From an uncultured Clostridia bacterium (GTDB lineage: Bacteria > Bacillota > Clostridia > TANB77 > CAG-508): 64,000 nt of DNA. Location of the stretch: positions 5,290 to 69,289 of the forward strand of contig CAKOPZ010000005.1 in assembly GCA_934101145.1 (NCBI GenBank). The letters are read 5' to 3'. A program made the translations under genes and the position numbers. The notes beneath the pieces are model-generated. The model was not told the origin of the DNA and searched no databases. It worked only from the letters and a program-made list of their open reading frames with translations. Positions within the stretch are counted from its first letter, which is position 1. The number at the start of each line of letters is the position of its first letter. Positions 26,823-36,751 of this stretch are shown here, piece by piece.

Positions 26823-28010
26823 TTATTTATTTTCTACTGCACTATTTGTTTCTGTTTTAATTTTTTTATCTCCAATTTTAATTAGATGAACTAAAATCAT
26901 ACCAAATCCTGTCATTGTAATTAAGAATGATAGTAGACCACCAACATATGGGATAATACCAATTAATTTAACAAGAACAATTGCAATAACTGTCATTAAT
27001 AAGAAAATTGGTAAATTGTCTTTTTTGATTTTTTCTGCTACAAATTTACCACAAGACATAGCAAATATGCTTTGTGAAACTGTTAATGCAAGTATATAAA
27101 CAGTAATTAATGCAACTGAAATACCTATACATAATCCACCTGTAAGTAGAAGTATTGCAAAAGAACCAGCTATGATAACTAGTGAACCTAGTAAACCGAT
27201 TCCAAGTGAAATAGGTGCTTTCTTTTTTAAACTTGTTCCAAGATTCTTTTTGAAGTTTGGAGCTAACCATGTTACAAGTAGTAATACAACTATTGTATAT
27301 AATATTGCTGACATAGTGCTTGATAAGAAAGCAACAGCTCTTTGAGCAAATGTTATTTCTTCAGAATCTGAACTTTGTGTAAAGTTTACTGTTCCTCCAA
27401 CCATTCCATCTGGAATAGAAATTTCATTTTTAGAAGTATAACTTAAGTTACCTACAATAAGATTAGAAGTATTTTCTGCAAAAGTAATACTATCTGAATT
27501 TATGTAAGCATCTCTTTTTATTTGTCCTAAAATGTTTATAGCTCCAGAACTTACACGTATGTCTCTTGCAACAATTGCACTCTTTCCTAATGTAAAGTTT
27601 TGAGCAAAGCTGTAAATATCGTAGCAAACACCATTCATAGTGAAATCACTTGCACAGACAAATATGCTTCCATGGATGTAAGCACCTTTTGCAATTGTAA
27701 CTGTTTTACCAAATGCAAAAACATCTCCTCCAATTTCTCCACTTATGGTAATGTTGTTTCCACATGCAAATGCATTACCGTCAATAATTGAATCGATTAC
27801 AATATCATTATCAAAATTATATGAATCTGATTCAATGAATTGATATGTACTATTTGAATTATCTACAGAATTTGTTTTTGAGTCATCAGAAATTGGAACT
27901 GCAGTATCTGCAGAAGTTACAACAGCATCTGATGCCATACAAACAGGAGATAAAAGCATTAGTACGGCTAGTACAACTAGCATAAATCTTGCTTTTAAAG
28001 TGTGTTTCAT
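26823..28010 (-). CDS. Secreted/membrane protein with bactofilin-like (polymer-forming, DUF583-like) beta-helical repeats and a C-terminal multi-TM region
   Basis: GGAGG RBS precedes MKHTLKARF (start 28010), followed by a signal peptide. Repeats of the G-N/D-x-x-I-x-G type (GNNITISGEIGGDVFAFGKTVTIAKGAYIHGSIF) precede about 4 predicted TM helices. Confidence 0.5.
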   Translation of the reverse strand: MKHTLKARFMLVVLAVLMLLSPVCMASDAVVTSADTAVPISDDSKTNSVDNSNSTYQFIESDSYNFDNDIVIDSIIDGNAFACGNNITISGEIGGDVFAFGKTVTIAKGAYIHGSIFVCASDFTMNGVCYDIYSFAQNFTLGKSAIVARDIRVSSGAINILGQIKRDAYINSDSITFAENTSNLIVGNLSYTSKNEISIPDGMVGGTVNFTQSSDSEEITFAQRAVAFLSSTMSAILYTIVVLLLVTWLAPNFKKNLGTSLKKKAPISLGIGLLGSLVIIAGSFAILLLTGGLCIGISVALITVYILALTVSQSIFAMSCGKFVAEKIKKDNLPIFLLMTVIAIVLVKLIGIIPYVGGLLSFLITMTGFGMILVHLIKIGDKKIKTETNSAVENK

Positions 28011-28057
28011 AATATAATTCCTCCATTTCAATATATTCTGCAATAATCATACATTGT

Positions 28058-28192
28058 TTATTTTTGTTTGTCAATGGGGATAAAATAAATACAATCAGAA
28101 TTACCACAAATCTTTTGAAAGGTTACTTTTTTCAAGTAACACTTACCATCTTTTTGATATTTGCAATTAGAAGAACAATTAATATTAATCAA
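28058..28192 (-). CDS. Small Cys-rich protein, DUF1540-like (not in ORF track, 44 aa)
   Basis: GAGGTG lies 6 nt upstream of the TTG start. Translation is INCSSNCKYQKDGKCYLKKVTFQKICGNSDCIYF. It lies between nth and the membrane-protein gene on the same strand. Confidence 0.45.
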   Translation of the reverse strand: MININCSSNCKYQKDGKCYLKKVTFQKICGNSDCIYFIPIDKQK

Positions 28193-28247
28193 ATAAAACA
28201 CCTCATCATATAGTATGAAGTGTTTTGGTAAATTTATGCGTAAAACC

Positions 28248-28877
28248 TTAAAAATTATATGTTTTACAATATTTTTTTATTGTACATTTTTCACAAATAG
28301 GTGAGCGCGCAGTACAAGTATTTCTACCATGCCACATAAATAGATGGTTTACGTCCTTAAAATATTCTTTTGGAATTTGTCTTACGAGGTCTTGTTCAAT
28401 TTTTAAAGGATCAGATTCACTAGAAAGCCCAATTCTATTTGAGAGGCGCTTGGCATGTGTATCAACAGCAATACCTTGAGGCTTATTAAAAGCTTCTAAC
28501 ATAACTACATTTGCAGTTTTTCTGCCAACACCAGGAAGCGAAATTAAATCATCCATATTGCATGGAACTTGTGCGTCAAATTCATCAATTAATTTTTGCG
28601 ATGTGAGTTTAATATTTTTAGCTTTATTTTTATAAAATCCACATGGATGAATAAGTTCTTCTAATGTAGATGTATCAATATTTGCAAAGTCTTGAGGGGT
28701 AGAATATTTGCTAAAAATTGTAGGAGTTGTTTTATTTACTCTATCATCAGTGCATTGCGCAGATAAAATTACAGCAATAAGTAGTTCAAATGGGGTAGTA
28801 AAATCTAAGCTACACTTTGCATCTGGATAAGTTTTCTTTAAAATTTCTATCATATCTATTACATCTTTTTTATTCAT
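28248..28877 (-). CDS. nth: Endonuclease III
   Basis: HhH-GPD motif LPGVGRKTANVV and 4Fe-4S cluster loop CTARSPICEKCTIKKYC. Confidence 0.92.
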   Translation of the reverse strand: MNKKDVIDMIEILKKTYPDAKCSLDFTTPFELLIAVILSAQCTDDRVNKTTPTIFSKYSTPQDFANIDTSTLEELIHPCGFYKNKAKNIKLTSQKLIDEFDAQVPCNMDDLISLPGVGRKTANVVMLEAFNKPQGIAVDTHAKRLSNRIGLSSESDPLKIEQDLVRQIPKEYFKDVNHLFMWHGRNTCTARSPICEKCTIKKYCKTYNF

Positions 28878-29027
28878 ATATATACCGTTCTTTCTACATA
28901 TTTTCTACTTAATATTAAATCATAAATTATCAAAAATTACAATAACATTGGCATTACATAAAATGGTAACAAATGAAAGATTTAGCTAATATAATATAAT
29001 GAGAAAAAGATAGGAGGTATGTGGTAC

Positions 29028-29177
29028 ATGATTGAAGCACTGAAAAAAACATTGGGAGTTTGTATGATTGGGCTAGGTCTTGGAATTTTGCTTGTATTAT
29101 TACTTCCTATATCTGGTTGGCTATTTGCAATAGGTGTAGTTATTGTTGCAGTAGGACTTATGTGGTTATCATGTTAG
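29028..29177 (+). CDS. Small hydrophobic membrane protein (49 aa, not in ORF track)
   Basis: AGGAGG lies 10 nt upstream of ATG 29028. Two predicted TM segments. A 24-aa ORF (29196-29270) and a terminator (29276-29308) follow. Confidence 0.35.
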   Translation: MIEALKKTLGVCMIGLGLGILLVLLLPISGWLFAIGVVIVAVGLMWLSC

Positions 29178-29358
29178 AAAGGGAGTGTATTTAGAATGAC
29201 TATTGTTGTGAAAAAAGTTCCAAAGTTCCTGAGAGGATTTGTTAAATTAATTTTTGGAATAAAGGATTAGAACACAAAAAAAGACTTGGTTAAACCGAAG
29301 TCTTTTTTGTATTTACGCGCAAATAAATATATTTAAAATTATGATTTTCATAATCTAA

Positions 29359-29556
29359 TTAAGCTCTTTCAACTTTTCCAGAACGTAAGCATTTTGAACA
29401 AACATACATTGTTTTTGTTTCTCCATTTACTAAAGCTTTAACTCTTCTAAGATTTGGCTTAAAAGTTCTTGATGTTCTTCTACTAACGTGAGAACGAGCT
29501 ATACTAATTTTATTTCCGTGTGCGATTGATTTTTCACAAACTTCACATTTTGCCAT
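29359..29556 (-). CDS. rpmB: 50S ribosomal protein L28
   Basis: MAKCEVCEKS...SHVSRRTSRTFKPNL is canonical L28. GGAGG RBS is present, and start 29556 lies inside the longer listed ORF. Confidence 0.92.
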   Translation of the reverse strand: MAKCEVCEKSIAHGNKISIARSHVSRRTSRTFKPNLRRVKALVNGETKTMYVCSKCLRSGKVERA

Positions 29557-29683
29557 AAACTTTGCACCTCCCATTGCTATAGTTAAAATCGACTATTTAC
29601 AAGTTTACCACAAAGTAGAGAAAAATGCAAGAGTTTTGCAAAAATTCGTACGAATTGGGTCTACAGATATTATTTTATTAAAG

Positions 29684-29819
29684 GCATAACGATATAATAT
29701 TTCAAGGAAACGCGCAGCGACCAAACGAAGCCAAAGGCTGAGTGCGATTCGAGCAGCCGTCAATCCTTTGGGATTGGCTGCGAACGGCAAGTTTCTAAGA
29801 AATATTATATCGCTTATGC
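29684..29819 (-). repeat. Dispersed ~135-nt structured repeat, copy A
   Basis: 20-bp terminal inverted repeat GCATAA(G)CGATATAATATTTC encloses the conserved core GCAGCCAATCC..GGATTGACGGCTGC..TCGAATCGCACTCAGCC..GGTCGCTGCGCG. It lies in the rpmB 5' region. Confidence 0.85.
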
Positions 29820-30133
29820 TAATATAAATATAGAAAACAGTATCTTTTAACTAAATTAGTTACAATGTAGCTTTTTGTCGAATATGGACGAACGATTTTA
29901 CTTGCAATACATAAGAATTTATGCTTAAATAGAACCATAGCAAATATACTATTATTAAAATTATTTCAAAAATTTATTTATCTAGGACAAATCGTCCAAA
30001 TTTTCAATCAAAACACAATATAATGAAACACAAAATAAAGGAGGTGCTATATATTTTAGGGGATTTTTGCGCTCAAAAATTTCTGGTATAACAATAATAG
30101 CGTATTTAACATACAATTTTTAGGAGGAGTATA

Positions 30134-31420
30134 ATGATAGCAAAAAACGTAAAAAAGCTTGTTGGCGTTATGCTAATAGTAATTACATTGATAATTGCCA
30201 CAGAAACATATTCTAGTGCTGCAACTGATATAACATCTGCAGATATAAAATATGTTAAAGATTGTGGGAGTCATTTGCAAGCAAAAGACAAAAATGGATG
30301 GTATACAATTGTAGCAAGTTATGTAGAATACACAGCACCAAATGGAGTAAAGTATCCAGCATATTGTTTGGATAATACAAAGCCAGGAGTTGGAAATTCA
30401 ATTATAGGAGATTTGCCAGAGGGATACAAAGTAGATGTAAGTAAGGTGCTAGAAAATAATCAAGTTTATACAGCTGTGATAAATGGGTATCCATATAAAA
30501 CACCAAAAGATTTAGGAGTAGAGGATAAATATGATGCATATATTGCAACAAAACAAGCAGTTTATTCTGTGTTATATAATTATGAGGTAGATGAGCATTA
30601 CAAAGGAGTGGATACACGAGGAGAAAACATAAAAAAGGCTATAAAAAATATTGTAAAAATAGCAAGAGAAAAAACACAAACTCAAAGGTCAGCTTTGATT
30701 AGATTTGAAAAAGTGGGCGAGTTTGGGATAGATGAAAAAGATAGTTCATATTATTCTATAAAATATAAGGCTACATGTGATGTAGATATGAAGAGCTATG
30801 AAATAATTTCAAAAACAGGGCTTACTAAAAATACAGTTATAACAGATGGTGATAATAACAAGAAAACGGTTTTTGAGGCACAAGATGAATTTAAAATAAT
30901 GATACCAAAAAGTGATGTAGAAAATGGAAAAGATATACAAGGAACAATTAATGCTAAAGCTAAATGTAGAAATAAACCAGTTTTTTATGGAAGAAAAAGT
31001 AGTAAGCTTCAACCATATGCTTTAACATATGATACATATGGTGATAATTATGCAAGCGTAGAATTAAATGTGAAAATGAATACTGGAAAATTACAAATAA
31101 ATAAGATTTCAGAAAAGACTAAAAAGCCAATTGCAGGTGTAACATTTAAGCTTATGAAACTTGATGGCACAGAAATAGAAACTAAAAAAACAGATGCGAA
31201 TGGTATGATTATTTTTGACAATTTATATGAAGGAAAGTATATAGTGCAAGAAATTGAAACAGGGGACAAATACATATTAAATGAGGAACCATTTGAAGTT
31301 GAAATAAAATATAATGAAACAACAAATGTTAGTGTTGAAAATAAAGAAAAAGAAGAGCCTAAAAAGCCAGAGAAACCACCAAAAACTCCAGTAAAAAAAT
31401 TACCAAGAACAGGATTTTAA
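30134..31420 (+). CDS. Cell-surface adhesin-like protein: possible thioester-type domain plus Cna-B/SpaA-fold domain, ending at an LPxTG motif with no membrane anchor
   Basis: Signal peptide; YPAYCLDNTKPG and ATKQAVY resemble thioester-domain motifs. GVTFKLMKLDGTEIETKKTDANGMIIFDNLYEGKYIVQEIE is Cna-B-like. A Pro/Lys-rich stalk follows, and the protein ends KKLPRTGF-stop. Confidence 0.6.
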   Translation: MIAKNVKKLVGVMLIVITLIIATETYSSAATDITSADIKYVKDCGSHLQAKDKNGWYTIVASYVEYTAPNGVKYPAYCLDNTKPGVGNSIIGDLPEGYKVDVSKVLENNQVYTAVINGYPYKTPKDLGVEDKYDAYIATKQAVYSVLYNYEVDEHYKGVDTRGENIKKAIKNIVKIAREKTQTQRSALIRFEKVGEFGIDEKDSSYYSIKYKATCDVDMKSYEIISKTGLTKNTVITDGDNNKKTVFEAQDEFKIMIPKSDVENGKDIQGTINAKAKCRNKPVFYGRKSSKLQPYALTYDTYGDNYASVELNVKMNTGKLQINKISEKTKKPIAGVTFKLMKLDGTEIETKKTDANGMIIFDNLYEGKYIVQEIETGDKYILNEEPFEVEIKYNETTNVSVENKEKEEPKKPEKPPKTPVKKLPRTGF

Positions 31421-31444
31421 AGGTGAATTTGCTAAAATAGTTTT

Positions 31445-31577
31445 GCATAAGCGATATAATATTTCTTAGAAACTTGCTGCTTACAGCCAATCCAAAAGAT
31501 TGACGGCTGCTCGAATCGCACTCACTAACGTTCGTTTGGTCGCTGCGCGTTTCCTTAAAATATGATATCGCTTATGC
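31445..31577 (+). repeat. Dispersed ~135-nt structured repeat, copy B
   Basis: Same architecture as copy A. It has the variant internal segment CACTCACTAACGTTCG, shared with copy F. It starts 24 nt after the adhesin stop. Confidence 0.85.
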
Positions 31578-31677
31578 TATGCATACAAACAAAAATTTGT
31601 ATATATGCTTGCGCTACAACTATTTTTGTGATAGAATTACAGGAAGCAAAAAATCACGAAAGTAGGAGAGGTAAAAT

Positions 31678-32286
31678 ATGTATGCATATATAAAAGGAAC
31701 ATTAGAGATAAAAACAACAGGATATGTTGTGGTCGAAACAAATAATGGAATAGGATATAAAATTTTTATGTCTGAAAGTGCAATTGAAAGACTAAATGAC
31801 ATAGGTAGCACTGTGAAAATTTTTACATATATGAGAGTAAGGGAAGATGATATTAGTTTGTATGGATTTAATACAAACGAGGAACTTCGTATGTTTGAGT
31901 TACTACTATCAGTTAGTGGAATAGGTGCGAAATCAGCTATAAATATATTATCGAATATAACTCCTTCAAGCTTTGCATTGGCGGTTATTACAAATGATGT
32001 AAATACATTAAAAAAATTGCCAGGAATAGGTGCAAAGTCAGCACAAAGAGTTATTTTAGAGCTAAAAGATAAATTAAAGACAGAAGAAGCGGAAGCCAAA
32101 ATTGAAACTTCAAAAGAGATTCAAGTTGCAATCAAAGAAGATGACAAAGTACAAGAAGCTATGTCAGCTTTGCAAGTACTTGGATATAGTAAAAAGGAAA
32201 TTGAAGTTGCAATGCAAAAGATTGATACTTCAGCTCTATCTGTGGAAGATATAATAAGAAAAGGACTAAACAATTTAGCAAGATAA
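31678..32286 (+). CDS. ruvA: Holliday junction branch-migration complex subunit RuvA
   Basis: MYAYIKGTL... OB domain, HhH motifs LLSVSGIGAKSA and LPGIGAKSAQRV, and C-terminal domain III. Confidence 0.9.
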   Translation: MYAYIKGTLEIKTTGYVVVETNNGIGYKIFMSESAIERLNDIGSTVKIFTYMRVREDDISLYGFNTNEELRMFELLLSVSGIGAKSAINILSNITPSSFALAVITNDVNTLKKLPGIGAKSAQRVILELKDKLKTEEAEAKIETSKEIQVAIKEDDKVQEAMSALQVLGYSKKEIEVAMQKIDTSALSVEDIIRKGLNNLAR

Positions 32287-32302
32287 TATAGGAGGCTTAA
32301 AA

Positions 32303-33547
32303 ATGGATTTAAATCAGCCACTAGCATATCGTATGAAACCAAAAACATTGGATGATTATGTAGGGCAAGAGCATATTTTAGGAAAAGATAAGATATTATA
32401 TAGAACAATAAAAGCAGACAGGCTTTCAAGTATTATACTTTGGGGGCCTCCTGGATGTGGCAAAACATCACTTGCAAAAGTTATAAGTAATACAACAAAA
32501 TATAAATTTGCAAAGATTAATGCTGTAACTGCAGGAATTGGAGATATAAAAAATGCAATAGAAGAAGCAAAAAATGTATTCCTAAACCCAAGTGGAAAGT
32601 GTATATTGTTTATTGATGAGATTCATAGATTTAATAAATTACAACAAGATGCACTTCTTCCATATGTAGAAAATGGAACTGTAATATTAATAGGTGCAAC
32701 AACAGAAAATCCATATTTTGAAGTAAACAAAGCTTTAATTTCAAGATCAATGGTGTTTCATTTGCAGCCACTTACTACGCAAAATATATTTGATGTGCTA
32801 AAAAAGGCACTAATTTCAGAAGATGGACTTGCAAGTTATAACATAAAAGTAGAAGATGATACACTTATGAAAATTGCAGAAGTTTCAAATGGAGATGTTA
32901 GAACTGCACTAAATGGACTTGAACTTGCAGTACTTACAACGCAAATGGACTCAAGTGGATATATACATATAACAAATGAAATTGCAAAAGACTGTGTGCA
33001 ATCACGAAAAGCAATATTTGATAAAAAAGGTGATAGCCATTATGATAATATCAGTGCATTTATAAAATCAATGAGAGGTAGTGACCCAGATGCCGCAATT
33101 TTTTATTTAGCAAGAGCAATAAATGGAGGAGAAGATCCAGTGTTTATTGCAAGAAGAATAGTAATTGCGGCAGCAGAAGATGTTGGGCTTGCAAATCCAA
33201 ATGCACTTGTTGTAGCAACATCTGCAATGCAGGCTGTAACAATGGTTGGAATGCCAGAGGCAAGAATTATTTTGTCAGAAGCGGCAACATATGTAGCAAC
33301 ATCTCCAAAATCAAATGCGACATATCTTGGAATAAATAAAGCACTTGAAGATGTAGAAAATAAAGACACAGGAACAATACCAATGCATATAAGAAATGCA
33401 CCTGCAGATGGAATGGCTAAGGAAGGATATCACGTTGGGTATAAATACCCACATGATTATCCAGGTCATTATGTAGAACAGCAATATTTGCCTGATAAAA
33501 TGCTTGGAACAAAATATTATATAAAAGATGAAACAATTCCAGATTAA
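32303..33547 (+). CDS. rarA: Replication-associated recombination protein A (MgsA/RarA AAA+ ATPase)
   Basis: Walker [10 protein letters not shown] and Walker [11 protein letters not shown], with a MgsA C-terminal domain. Confidence 0.88.
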   Translation: MDLNQPLAYRMKPKTLDDYVGQEHILGKDKILYRTIKADRLSSIILWGPPGCGKTSLAKVISNTTKYKFAKINAVTAGIGDIKNAIEEAKNVFLNPSGKCILFIDEIHRFNKLQQDALLPYVENGTVILIGATTENPYFEVNKALISRSMVFHLQPLTTQNIFDVLKKALISEDGLASYNIKVEDDTLMKIAEVSNGDVRTALNGLELAVLTTQMDSSGYIHITNEIAKDCVQSRKAIFDKKGDSHYDNISAFIKSMRGSDPDAAIFYLARAINGGEDPVFIARRIVIAAAEDVGLANPNALVVATSAMQAVTMVGMPEARIILSEAATYVATSPKSNATYLGINKALEDVENKDTGTIPMHIRNAPADGMAKEGYHVGYKYPHDYPGHYVEQQYLPDKMLGTKYYIKDETIPD

Positions 33548-33590
33548 GAAAAATATCCCAGTTCAAAAATAAACTGGGATATTTTTAATT

Positions 33591-34547
33591 TTATTCTTCT
33601 GTTGATGTAACATCAACTATTTGACTTTTTTTAGAAGATTTTTTACCTTCTTTTTCTTTTACTATTTCAGCAGCAGCACCAAGTCCAGAAAGTGCACCAG
33701 TTGCTTCAAATGGAATAAATACTTTGTTTGCTTCTCCATTTGCAACTTCTTTTAAAGCTTCCAAAGATTTTAGTTGAACTAATTTTTCATTTGGATTTGC
33801 CTTCATCATTGCATCATATACAACATGAATTTCTTGTGCTTTTGCATCAGCCACTTGTTTAATAGCTTCTGCTTCACCGGCAGCTCTTCTAATTCTTGCT
33901 TCTTTGTCAGCTTCTGCTTCAAGTATAGCAGCTTCTTTTTTACCTTCAGCAAGAGTTATTGCAGATTGTCTTTCACCTTCAGCTTGAAGGATTAATGCTC
34001 TTTTATTTCTTTCTGCATTCATTTGTTTTTCCATTGCATCACGAATGTCTGCAGGTGGGGTAATATCTTTTATCTCAACTCTGTCAATTTTGCAACCCCA
34101 TTGATCTGTTGCTTCATCAAGTATTAATCTTAATTTATCATTTATTGCATCACGTGAACTGAATGTTTCGTCTAAGTCCATTTTACCAACAATATCACGA
34201 ATTGTAGTAATTGCTAAATATTCAATACCTTTCTTTAGGCTTTGAATTTCATATACTGCTTTTGCAGGATCAGTTACTTTGTAGAACACAACTGTATCAA
34301 TTGTGATTGTAACGTTATCCTTTGTGATAACACCTTGTGGTGGAATATCCATTGTTTGTTGTTTTAAACTTACAACACTACGAACATGGTCGATAAATGG
34401 AATGATTATTGTAAGACCAGCATCAGCAATTTTATAAAATTTACCAAGTCTTTCAATAATATAAACTTCAGATTGTCTAACTATTTTGATTGATTTAAAT
34501 GCTATTACTAGAATTAGAACTAATAATATAAGTAAAAATATTCCCAT
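33591..34547 (-). CDS. SPFH/Band-7 (stomatin-like) membrane protein
   Basis: GGAGG RBS precedes MGIFLLILLV (start 34547). An N-terminal TM helix is followed by an SPFH domain and an Ala/Glu-rich coiled coil. Confidence 0.85.
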   Translation of the reverse strand: MGIFLLILLVLILVIAFKSIKIVRQSEVYIIERLGKFYKIADAGLTIIIPFIDHVRSVVSLKQQTMDIPPQGVITKDNVTITIDTVVFYKVTDPAKAVYEIQSLKKGIEYLAITTIRDIVGKMDLDETFSSRDAINDKLRLILDEATDQWGCKIDRVEIKDITPPADIRDAMEKQMNAERNKRALILQAEGERQSAITLAEGKKEAAILEAEADKEARIRRAAGEAEAIKQVADAKAQEIHVVYDAMMKANPNEKLVQLKSLEALKEVANGEANKVFIPFEATGALSGLGAAAEIVKEKEGKKSSKKSQIVDVTSTEE

Positions 34548-34743
34548 AATTTTTCCTCCTAAATATACTACATATATCATATGATAAGCTTAAAATAAGC
34601 TCTACAATAACTATTATACTATAAAAATGGAAAAAAAGGAAGAGGTTTACCAAATAATATTGACACTTTGTAGAAATTGATATAAAGTAAAAAAGTAAGC
34701 ATATAAACAAATATTTCAACTTTAAGTAAAGGAGGAATAGTTT

Positions 34744-36279
34744 ATGCCATATACAAGGTATGTACCAGAATTGTTTATGGGAAGAACTGGCTATCAAATT
34801 TTTGTAGACCGGTTCAACCATAAGGGAGAAATGCCAAAGGAGATGGAAGGCAGAAAATTAAAGGAATGGCAAGACACTATGCCAGATTGGTGGCCGGATG
34901 AGAAAGGAGAGTATCATAACTCGTATTTCTATGCAGGAAATTTGCAGGGAATTATCGAGAAGCTCGACTATATCAAGGATATGGGTTTTGATTTGATTTA
35001 TCATAGCCCTATCTCAAAAACTCATTCTTCGCATCATTATGATGTTGAAGACCAGAGGGAGATTGATGAGTGGATCGGAACATGGGACGACTATCGTATG
35101 ATGTGTGAAGAAGCACATAAAAGAGGAATACTAGTTTGTGCCGATTTGGTGTTTAATCACATGGGAGTAAAAAGTGAGATTTTCCAGGATGCATTAAAAA
35201 ATGCAGACTCGAAATACCGTAGTTGGTTTGAGTGGACTGCAAACCAAGAACCTGTGTTTTGGTATGGATTTAAGGATTTGCCGCAGTGCAATAAATTAGA
35301 CCGAAATTACCAGCAGTATGCAGGTGATGTTTGCAAGAAGTATCTGGAAAACGGAGCTGATGGTGTCCGGTTGGACCTTGGAGAAGTGCTTCCGAGAGAA
35401 TTTATGCAGTATTTGAGAAAATGCATAAAGGAGGTTAAATCGCAGGCCATCATTGTTAACGAAATGTGGGGCCTTGCAACTCACAATGGCAATGCACAGA
35501 TTTATGGTGATCAGGCAGATTCTGTTATGAATTATCCTTTGTCTGATGCAATTTGCAGACTCATCAGGTGCAGGAATGAAAAGCATTTTATGTACATTTT
35601 TGAGGAGATTTCTAAATATCCGTTGCAAGTACAAGATGTACTTTGGAACTTTTTGGACACTCATGATGTACCGCGAGCACTTAATATGCTTGCAGGAGAA
35701 GGAATGCTTGAAGACCCGTTTAAGGGAGGTAGCATCTGGGATATTGAGGAGCCTTGGAGAAAAAGAGATGGTGCAGGTAATGTTGTAGGATTCGATACGT
35801 TTGGTTTTAGAAAGTGGGAAAATGAAACCGACACACCAAAGGATATGACACTTGCAAAAAAACGGCTGATGCTTGCAAGCTTTATGCAGTATACGCTGAA
35901 GGGCGTTCCTGTCGTATATTATGGAACAGAAGCGGGACTGACTGGAGGCAAGGATCCGTTTTGCAGAAAGCCGTATCCGTGGAAGCAAGAAGACAATCAA
36001 CTGCTGGAACATTATAAGGAATTAGGAAGATTTCGAAAGGAGAAGCAGAAAATCTTATCTATGGGTGATTGCAGAGTCACAAATGTTACTGATTCGGTAT
36101 TGGTGTATGAAAGAGCTTTTGAAAATGAAAAGCTTGTGTGTGTAGTTAACTTTTCGAATGAAAAGAAACAAAACATCGTTAGCATCTCTGAATCAAGCAT
36201 TGTGTTTAATCTGCAAGAAAATGAAGCACAAATATTGAACCCGTATGGAGCAATTGTATATGAAACAAGAAATTCGTAA
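34744..36279 (+). CDS. GH13 alpha-amylase-family glycoside hydrolase
   Basis: GH13 conserved regions DLVFNHMG, GADGVRLDLGE, IVNEMWG and FLDTHDVPR. The gene is visibly GC-richer than its neighbours. Confidence 0.85.
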   Translation: MPYTRYVPELFMGRTGYQIFVDRFNHKGEMPKEMEGRKLKEWQDTMPDWWPDEKGEYHNSYFYAGNLQGIIEKLDYIKDMGFDLIYHSPISKTHSSHHYDVEDQREIDEWIGTWDDYRMMCEEAHKRGILVCADLVFNHMGVKSEIFQDALKNADSKYRSWFEWTANQEPVFWYGFKDLPQCNKLDRNYQQYAGDVCKKYLENGADGVRLDLGEVLPREFMQYLRKCIKEVKSQAIIVNEMWGLATHNGNAQIYGDQADSVMNYPLSDAICRLIRCRNEKHFMYIFEEISKYPLQVQDVLWNFLDTHDVPRALNMLAGEGMLEDPFKGGSIWDIEEPWRKRDGAGNVVGFDTFGFRKWENETDTPKDMTLAKKRLMLASFMQYTLKGVPVVYYGTEAGLTGGKDPFCRKPYPWKQEDNQLLEHYKELGRFRKEKQKILSMGDCRVTNVTDSVLVYERAFENEKLVCVVNFSNEKKQNIVSISESSIVFNLQENEAQILNPYGAIVYETRNS

Positions 36280-36364
36280 ATCTTATTAGATAAGCGAAAA
36301 AAAGCAGGAGAGATCCTGCTTTTTTTTATGTGTTACTAGATAATGATTTTAAGATTTATATTGA

Positions 36365-36500
36365 CGCATAGAGATATAATATTTCTTAGAAACTTGCTGT
36401 TCGCAGCCAATCCAAAAGATTGACGGCTGCTCGAATCGCACTCAGCCTTCGGCTTCGTTTGGTCGCTACGCGTTTCTTTGAAATATTATATCTCTATGCG
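36365..36500 (+). repeat. Dispersed ~135-nt structured repeat, copy C
   Basis: Perfect 21-bp terminal stem CGCATAGAGATATAATATTTC / GAAATATTATATCTCTATGCG. It shares the 5' extension GATTTTAAGATTTATATT with copies E and F. Confidence 0.85.
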
Positions 36501-36751
36501 CCTACAAAAAACATTATCCAGTAACTATTAGGCTAGAAACTTAGTAAAAAAAGTATTATAGAAAAATGTGATATATAAGGCAAAATATTAACATTAAAGC
36601 CGTGTAGAAATAATAAGATAAGCCAATAAAAAGAGATATGATTAGTTAAATGTTACAGCTATATTACAGAAATATTACAAATTTGTAAAAACATTGAACA
36701 TATACAAAAAATAATATATAATAAATAAAAAAATGGAAAAGGAGATAAAAT

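Noticed and set aside
29605-29790. ORFs beginning MPFAANPK(G/D).. (also 48113-48334 and 59979-60191)
   Set aside because: The same pseudo-peptide appears wherever the ~135-nt structured repeat occurs, on whichever strand it lies. There is no RBS and the reading frame is not conserved outside the repeat.
35296-36012. Long antisense ORFs within GH13 (238 aa), recG (39159-39893, 244 aa) and the aminotransferase (15874-16536, 220 aa)
   Set aside because: The opposite strand carries genes with clear family motifs. The antisense translations have no recognisable motifs or start signals.
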